From the NCBI GenBank assembly GCA_039927215.1, contig JBDSVO010000245.1, forward strand, positions 1 through 43,400: a stretch of DNA of 43,400 nucleotides, in the 5' to 3' direction. The notes below the pieces were generated by a model. That model was not told where the DNA came from. It saw only the letters and a list, made by a program, of their open reading frames with translations, and did not search any database. Source of the stretch: Gemmatimonadaceae bacterium. GTDB lineage: Bacteria; Gemmatimonadota; Gemmatimonadetes; Gemmatimonadales; Gemmatimonadaceae. This document shows, one piece after another, positions 37,458 through 43,400 of this stretch (position 1 is the stretch's first letter; the number at the start of each line of letters is the position of its first letter). A program made the position numbers and the translations under genes.

Positions 37458-37626
37458 CAGTGGTTGTTTGGGAGGGAGGTTTGCCGGGCTGCGGCGGGGC
37501 CGCTAGTTTAACGCGAGCGTGCCTCGGGCTGACCGATAATAATTACCCTCGCGATCGGCCTGCGGCAAGCGGGATCAACTCCGACCATTGCTTGCTCCGT
37601 GGCAACTATCACCCACTCGAAACCCG

Positions 37627-39294
37627 ATGATGCGTCCGTTTCTGCGCTTCTGCTATCTGCTCGTCGCAGTAGCTGGTATTGCTTTTCCGTCGAGGGTCGC
37701 AGGCCAGGCGATGTTGAGCGACAGTGGTGCCCGGGAATCGTTCACGCATGGTGTGATACTCGTCAATGGTGATTCGGTAGATCGGCTCCGACTCGCGCAG
37801 CTCGAAGGCCGCGTCCCGCTTGAAGACCTGATGCTGCGCTCGACGTCAAGCTTGATGAATCCGCGGGCAAGCGTAAGGCGCCCTAGAGCTTTCACGATTG
37901 TTTTTCCCACTCTGACGTTTGTCAGTAACAGCACTCTTCCCTTCGGGCAAAACGACGGCGCATTGTGGGCGGGGAAGGGAGCGAACCAGCGCGCGTTGGC
38001 TGGATTTACAGCATCGCTGGGACCAGTGCGGCTCGTCATCATTCCAGAGCTTGCCTACTCCTCCAACAACCGCATCAACATCGATCCGGCCGATCCCCGC
38101 TTCGTCAAGCCGGTGCCGGCGGAGCGCAGCACGTTCTCGTCGCCGTCGAATGTATTCCCGTATTCGATCGACATGCCCTACCGGTTCGGCGGCGATCCAA
38201 TCACCAAGATCTACCCTGGGCAATCGTCCCTCAACATCAGGGCAGGGCCCGTCGAAGTTGGTGCGGCAACGGAGAACAATTGGTGGGGGCCCGCGCTGAT
38301 CAATCCTCTTGTATTGGGCGACAACGCAGCAGGCTTTCCGCACGCATTCCTTCGCACTTCGCATCCGCTCAACACCATTCTTGGCCTGCTCGAAGCAAGA
38401 TGGATCGTCGGAGGACTGAAGGAATCGGATTTCTTCGACAACAACCCTGACAACGACGTGAGGTCGCTCAGCGCAATTGGAATCGCCTGGAAGCGCGATG
38501 CGGGTTCCGGGCTGACGCTCGGGTTCTTGCGGTCGGTGTTTTCAGTCGCCATCGGGTACGGCGAAGTGCCGGGTCACACCTTCGACGCGCTGAAGAACAC
38601 TGGCCATCCGAACGCACTCGCGATCAGCGACTCGACCATGATACCAGGGAGCGACCAGATCTTTTCATTGTTTGCCCGGTGGGCGCTGCCCCGCTACGGG
38701 CTTGAGAGCTACGTTGAGTGGGGCCGGACCGAATTCCCGGTGTCGCTCCGCGATTTTCTCAAGCAGCCGGAGCATTCGCGGGGCTACACAACTGGCCTGC
38801 AGTGGTCCAGGCCGATCGGTACTGACGCCCGCTTTCGCGTTCAGGGCGAGGTGACGAACGTCGAGCAGAGCTCCAGCTTCCGCTTTCGGCCAATTGGTTC
38901 GTTCTACACGAGCCGCTCTGTTATTCAGGGATATACAAATGAAGGGCAGGTGATCGGAGCCGGGATCGGTCCAGGGTCATCCGCGCAATGGATTGCCGGC
39001 GACTATTTCAAGAGAGGCTGGCAGGTCGGCGTCACCGCTGGGCGCCTGCGCTTCAACAACGACGCCTTTTTTCTGCGCAGCTATGCGAATCGCTGCGGCC
39101 ACGACGTCACCACATATCCCGGCGTACGTGCCGCGTACGCGAATTCCTATTTCCGGCTACGTGCCGATTTCGCATCGGCTTCCCGGTACAATACGTTCTT
39201 TCAGAATGTGCAAAGCTGCCAAAGCAGTGACGGCGAGGGCAGCGACCGGTCGAACAAGTATCTCTCGGTGACGCTGGCGACGTTTGGCTGGTGA
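37627..39294 (+). CDS. Wzi-like outer-membrane protein (type B, copy 1)
   Basis: Start MMRPF (matching copy 2) with a signal peptide; NDGALWAG; NNWWGP; LGDNAAGFPH; ends VTLATFGW. Confidence 0.75.
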   Translation: MMRPFLRFCYLLVAVAGIAFPSRVAGQAMLSDSGARESFTHGVILVNGDSVDRLRLAQLEGRVPLEDLMLRSTSSLMNPRASVRRPRAFTIVFPTLTFVSNSTLPFGQNDGALWAGKGANQRALAGFTASLGPVRLVIIPELAYSSNNRINIDPADPRFVKPVPAERSTFSSPSNVFPYSIDMPYRFGGDPITKIYPGQSSLNIRAGPVEVGAATENNWWGPALINPLVLGDNAAGFPHAFLRTSHPLNTILGLLEARWIVGGLKESDFFDNNPDNDVRSLSAIGIAWKRDAGSGLTLGFLRSVFSVAIGYGEVPGHTFDALKNTGHPNALAISDSTMIPGSDQIFSLFARWALPRYGLESYVEWGRTEFPVSLRDFLKQPEHSRGYTTGLQWSRPIGTDARFRVQGEVTNVEQSSSFRFRPIGSFYTSRSVIQGYTNEGQVIGAGIGPGSSAQWIAGDYFKRGWQVGVTAGRLRFNNDAFFLRSYANRCGHDVTTYPGVRAAYANSYFRLRADFASASRYNTFFQNVQSCQSSDGEGSDRSNKYLSVTLATFGW

Positions 39295-39304
39295 CGGAGC
39301 GCGG

Positions 39305-41035
39305 CTAGAAGTTCTGGCGGACTTCCAAAGCAAAATTGCCGTTCGTGCGGTCCGCCAGGAAGTAGCGATTCAGATTGATGTTCAAAACCATCCGCGCCAG
39401 CACGTCGACGGGTCCAATGAAGCGCTTTGCTTCTCCGCCGATCGAGGTGATTGCATCCACTGGTCTCTCGATCGGCTTGCCTGATTGGTAGGGGAACTTG
39501 CGCCTCAGCTCGTGCTGCACTTCACGGGCGACGAAAACCGTCGTCCTCCCTTCGGTGTTGAAGTGGTCGAACGCCAGGATCTGTGCGGAGCCGCTACCAG
39601 GACCGACATTCGCGCCGAGCATCTGCCCGCGCTGAGTATGACCCTGTCGCAAAACGCCATGTAGGTAGGTCTGGCCTTCGGCGCCCAAGCGTGTCGCGGA
39701 TGTGGACTGATAAGTGAATACCTCGCCCCGGACGGCGCGCATCCTCCGTGGTGAGACCCAGGCCTTTCGAAATCCGATGTTCGACGCAGCGGAGTGGTCG
39801 GGCAGGAGAATGAGGTCCCGCTCGTTGAGTGAGTGGTCCTCGCGCCCGTATTCGCCGTAGACGTCAAGCCCGCGCCCGGGCGCCCATCTAAAGAATACGC
39901 TGGCAAGTTGATTCTCCTTGACACCTTGGCGCCCCCCTAAAACGACGGTGTCCGATTGAACGGGCAGGCCAATCTTGTAAAAGCCCTGGATCGGAAGCTT
40001 GAGATTAGCCGTGGAAAAGGAATAACCCAGCTCATCTCTCGTTGCATGAAAGAAGCGGGTGCCGCCGATCTCCAATCCGGGCACGCCCCGAGGCACGAGG
40101 ATACCGACAAGCCCGGCCATGAATCTCCTTTTCCCCGGCTCAAAGAAGCTGGCGAAATAGTCTGGTCCGCTAACTGACGAGTAAGGAGACTGGTCAAGCT
40201 CGCCATAGAAGACGCGCGTGTGCACCCTGGCGATCCAGATATTCGCCGGCGTCGAGGTGCCGAAGAAGACGTGAGGGAACCCCGCCGCGTTGTTGCCGAG
40301 GATGTACGGAAAGTTGTTCGTCGGACCCCACCACTCGTTCCCGGTAGATATTCCCGCCGCTACGCCGAATCCGTCAAAGCGGAGCCAGCTCTGCCCGATG
40401 TCGAACCTGCTGTACACACCCGTGCCGAACCGTTGAGGCCGATCGATGTATTGCGCCCATTGCCCGTCAGCAAATCGCAGGACGCCGGTCTCACCATTCG
40501 CCATCAACGGGAATGATTGATTCTCGGCGCGGAACGCTACTGGCGCGATGCTCGCGGAGAAACCGCCCCATCTCGCCGAGAGACCACCTTGCACCGCTGT
40601 GGTCAGGCCTTTGCCTTGCCACACGGCTCCATCGTTGCCGCCGTACGCGAAGGCCGTGTTCAAATAGGAGCTGACTCTCGGACGAACGTAATCCCATTGA
40701 AGGCCGCGGGTTTTGGGCTTCTTCTGCAGATCATACCGCGCTGCCCATGGATGAGCCGCATCGGTCGCTGCCAGCGAATCAATCTCGAGTTGAGAAAAGG
40801 CGCGCATTCCCCAGGGGTATGGCTGCGATTTGCCGACGGTCTGCAGGTAGCGCAGGTAGCTCTCGAGCTCGCTTCCTGCGAACACCTCATTCCGGCCGCT
40901 CGCGACCTGCGCGTTGGCGTCTCCTGGACCGGCAAGAAGCGCGGCGACAACCAGGAGCAAAAACGCGATTGTTAGCCGCACACGTGGATGAAAGTGTGCC
41001 AACGCCCCCGAGGCGGCGAGACTGCTATTGTTCAT
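39305..41035 (-). CDS. Wzi-like outer-membrane beta-barrel (type A, copy 2)
   Basis: EVFAGSELESYLR, NDGAVWQGKG, YILGNNAAGFPH and YLHGVLRQGHT shared with 35745..37457; ends LEVRQNF. Confidence 0.75.
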   Translation of the reverse strand: MNNSSLAASGALAHFHPRVRLTIAFLLLVVAALLAGPGDANAQVASGRNEVFAGSELESYLRYLQTVGKSQPYPWGMRAFSQLEIDSLAATDAAHPWAARYDLQKKPKTRGLQWDYVRPRVSSYLNTAFAYGGNDGAVWQGKGLTTAVQGGLSARWGGFSASIAPVAFRAENQSFPLMANGETGVLRFADGQWAQYIDRPQRFGTGVYSRFDIGQSWLRFDGFGVAAGISTGNEWWGPTNNFPYILGNNAAGFPHVFFGTSTPANIWIARVHTRVFYGELDQSPYSSVSGPDYFASFFEPGKRRFMAGLVGILVPRGVPGLEIGGTRFFHATRDELGYSFSTANLKLPIQGFYKIGLPVQSDTVVLGGRQGVKENQLASVFFRWAPGRGLDVYGEYGREDHSLNERDLILLPDHSAASNIGFRKAWVSPRRMRAVRGEVFTYQSTSATRLGAEGQTYLHGVLRQGHTQRGQMLGANVGPGSGSAQILAFDHFNTEGRTTVFVAREVQHELRRKFPYQSGKPIERPVDAITSIGGEAKRFIGPVDVLARMVLNINLNRYFLADRTNGNFALEVRQNF

Positions 41036-41200
41036 CGGTGTTGGTCGAAAGGAAATTTGCTGCTCTTTGTCACCGCGGCTAACTTACCGCTACGTACGGT
41101 CCAGGGCGCGAACTATAAATACTTTCGCGCTCAGCCGGCGGCAAGCCGAACCGTTATCGTCTCCGCATCCCCCGATGAAAGTCTACCACCCCAGCCGTTC

Positions 41201-42904
41201 ATGATGCGTCCCTTCCAGTCCTTGCAGCATACTCTGGCCGCTTCGGTTGTCGCTTCGGGCTTCTTGATTCCGCTTGTGGACGTCGCATCGCAGGACACAT
41301 CGAGCGTCGTGAGCGTGCGGACCGAGCCGCGGCTGCAGGGAGTGGTAACCGTGAGCGGTGATTCTGTTGAGCGCCTGCGCATGGCCCAGCTCGAAGGGCG
41401 CGTTGCACTCGGGAGGTTGATGCTCCGCTCGACTTCTTCGCTCACGGATCCGCGTCAGGAGGGAATGCAACGCCGGAGATACACGATCGTGCTCCCGACT
41501 GTGAGCTTCGTTACTAACAGCGAGCTTCCTTACGGGCGGAACGACGGCGCCCTGTGGGCGGGAATCGGCGCCAATGCGCGCGTCCTTGCCGGTTTTACAG
41601 CGTCTCTTGGCCCGCTGAGACTCGTCGCAATTCCTGAACTGGTGTACTCGGCGAATGACAGCCTCTCGCTGGACCCGGATGACATACGGTACACGATGCC
41701 ATTACACCTCCGGCGTAAAAGGAATCGCTTTTCAATGTCTTGGAACCAATTCCCGTATTCAATCGACCTGCCGTGGAAAATGGGGGACTCGCCGGTCAGG
41801 CGACTCTATCCGGGGCAATCGTCGCTCACGCTGAGCGGAGGTCCGGTCGAAGTCGGAATCGGGACCGAGAATGAGTGGTGGGGCCCCGCCCTCCGGAACC
41901 CGATAATCATGGGCGACAACGCGCCCGGCATGCCCCATGGTTTTCTGCGCACATCGCGTCCACTCGAGACGCGCCTTGGCGTGTGGGAGGCACGATGGAT
42001 CGTGGGTGTGCTCCAGGAGTCCAACTGGTGGACCAAGTTCACCGAAGACGATGACCTCCGATCCTTGAGCGCGATTGCCGTCACCTGGCAGCACAGTACG
42101 GAGTCGGGTCTCACACTCGGCTTCCTCCGATCGGTGTTTTCAGTTGCGTCAAGCTACGGGGACGTCGCCGGAAACCTCTTTGACTTCATCAAGAACACCG
42201 GGCACCCGAACGCTCGCGCAGTGACCGACCAAACGATGGAGCCGGGAAAGGATCAGCTTTTTTCGCTCTTCGCGCGCTGGGCGGTTCCTGTGTACGGCTT
42301 CGAGAGCTATGTCGAGTGGGGCCGCGCAGAATTTCCCGTATCGCTCCACGATTTTCTCGAGATGCCGAACCACACGCGCGGCTATACGGCCGGGCTTCAG
42401 TGGGCCAGGCCGGTCGGCGGGGATTCGCATGTGCGGCTGCAGGGGGAGGTCACGAACGTAGAGCAGAGCTCGACGTGGCAGTACCGGCCGATTGGCTCGT
42501 TCTACACCAGCCGCTCCGTCTATCAGGGCTATACGAATTCAGGCCAGATGATTGGATCGGGCATTGGTCCCGGATCGTCGGGGCAGTGGGTTGCAACAGA
42601 CTATTACAGAGGCCCATGGCAGTTTGGCGGCATGGTCTCTCGCGAGCGCTTCAACAACGATGCGTATTCGCTGCTACCTTTTTCGGAACAGGCTCAGTAC
42701 GTAAGGAATTGCGGCTACGATGTGAGCGTCTATCCCGCGATCCGTGCGGGTTATTCCGCGCGGACTTTCCGGGTGCGCGCCGAATTTGCGTCTGGGACCC
42801 GATACAATACTTTTTTCCAGAACCGACAAAGCTGCTTTGATGGCGCGGGAAGCGACCGGTCGAACAAGAATTTCTCGGTGACGCTCGCGACTTTCGGCTG
42901 GTGA
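41201..42904 (+). CDS. Wzi-like outer-membrane protein (type B, copy 2)
   Basis: Start MMRPF at 41201; LRxAQLEGRV, YPGQSSL, KNTGHPNA and RPIGSFYTSRSV shared with 37627..39294. The 40988 start would overlap the divergent gene. Confidence 0.75.
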   Translation: MMRPFQSLQHTLAASVVASGFLIPLVDVASQDTSSVVSVRTEPRLQGVVTVSGDSVERLRMAQLEGRVALGRLMLRSTSSLTDPRQEGMQRRRYTIVLPTVSFVTNSELPYGRNDGALWAGIGANARVLAGFTASLGPLRLVAIPELVYSANDSLSLDPDDIRYTMPLHLRRKRNRFSMSWNQFPYSIDLPWKMGDSPVRRLYPGQSSLTLSGGPVEVGIGTENEWWGPALRNPIIMGDNAPGMPHGFLRTSRPLETRLGVWEARWIVGVLQESNWWTKFTEDDDLRSLSAIAVTWQHSTESGLTLGFLRSVFSVASSYGDVAGNLFDFIKNTGHPNARAVTDQTMEPGKDQLFSLFARWAVPVYGFESYVEWGRAEFPVSLHDFLEMPNHTRGYTAGLQWARPVGGDSHVRLQGEVTNVEQSSTWQYRPIGSFYTSRSVYQGYTNSGQMIGSGIGPGSSGQWVATDYYRGPWQFGGMVSRERFNNDAYSLLPFSEQAQYVRNCGYDVSVYPAIRAGYSARTFRVRAEFASGTRYNTFFQNRQSCFDGAGSDRSNKNFSVTLATFGW

Positions 42905-43048
42905 GAGGCGCGCCGTCGCGTGAACAAGAATCGTCGCACAACGGGCTCGACCTCCCGCTGATGCCTAAACCCGTCTTGTAATCGAGGCGATGCAGGGGGA
43001 TATTCGACGGCAGGCCACAGTGCTTCGAAGCGCCAGGCACAGGATCAG

Positions 43049-43400
43049 ATGAAGGAACCCGTCATATACCGCGAGCCGCTCCATCGAAATGAAGAGGCCA
43101 TCTCTCTGCTCGCAGTGGGGAGTGCCTTGCTTCGCTATCGGCGTATGATCATCGCCTTGAGCGTTCTCGGCGGTGTGGTAGGACTCGCGGCGGGCCTGCT
43201 CAGCAAGCGTGTCTATTCGGCGCGCGCGACGTTCATCCCGGAAGAGCCCGACAAGCAGGGAATCTCCGGGCTCGCAATGGCCGCTGGCCAGTTCGGAATC
43301 AAGCTTCCGTCCTCCGGCGGGAGCGGGTGGGGGCCAGCCATCTATGTGGAGCTGCTGAAGACTCGTGAACTGCTCGAGCCGATAGCTGCGGACACGCTCG
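43049..43400 (+). CDS. Third Wzz-like chain-length determinant (3'-truncated; not in the ORF track)
   Basis: MKEPVIYREPLHRNEEAISLLAVGSALLRYRRMIIALSVLGGVVGLAAGLLSKRVYSARATFIPEE...SGLAMAAGQFGI...YVELLKTRELL; AGGA SD; resembles the N-termini of the other two Wzz. Confidence 0.85.
   Translation, partial: MKEPVIYREPLHRNEEAISLLAVGSALLRYRRMIIALSVLGGVVGLAAGLLSKRVYSARATFIPEEPDKQGISGLAMAAGQFGIKLPSSGGSGWGPAIYVELLKTRELLEPIAADTL

Larger units (their letters stand above)
35745..42904. repeat. Diverged tandem duplication of a ~3.55-kb divergent two-gene unit (35745-39294 and 39305-42904)
   Basis: Same gene order and orientation. The last 54 nt of the type-B genes (39241-39294 vs 42851-42904) match 49/54. 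Intergenic motifs are partly conserved. Confidence 0.85.

Noticed and set aside
41137-41146. GGCGGCAAGC as an RfaH ops/JUMPstart element
   Set aside because: Does not match the GGCGGTAG core, and no NusG paralog lies in the window.
1-43400. CRISPR array, tRNA/rRNA, transposase/integrase, phase-variable simple repeats
   Set aside because: None seen by eye; the homopolymer runs noticed (about 7-9 nt, e.g. near 9930) leave reading frames intact.

Overview
GC-rich bacterial cell-surface polysaccharide locus, probably Wzy-dependent; the window starts and ends inside genes. Contents in order: two tandem paralogous polytopic membrane proteins (putative GT-C fold); a NodU/CmcH carbamoyltransferase, SxtJ-like protein, inverted methyltransferase, 53-aa SxtK/DUF5989 micropeptide (missed by the ORF track) and SGNH protein; an ArnT-like GT-C; a cupin-DegT-N-methyltransferase amino-sugar module; about ten GT2/GT4/GT9-type glycosyltransferases; a Wzy; three Wzz-like copolymerases; a Tat-signal beta-helix protein; two SDR epimerases (one needs a non-canonical, probably CTG, start); a WecA/WbpL-type initiating transferase; and four Wzi-like outer-membrane proteins arranged as a duplicated divergent pair. 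No rRNA, tRNA, CRISPR or mobile element was seen, and no wzx, wza or wzc lies in the window. Best candidate for a new system: the micropeptide ends in FIYTIF, matching the FxYxxF acyl-shuttle motif of DltX/AlgI, which suggests an MBOAT-independent transmembrane carbamoyl relay onto surface glycan. Also notable are a recurrent ATTGTANNNT bidirectional/leaderless promoter motif and several mini-ORFs coupled to downstream start codons. All family assignments come from motif recognition by eye, not database searches.
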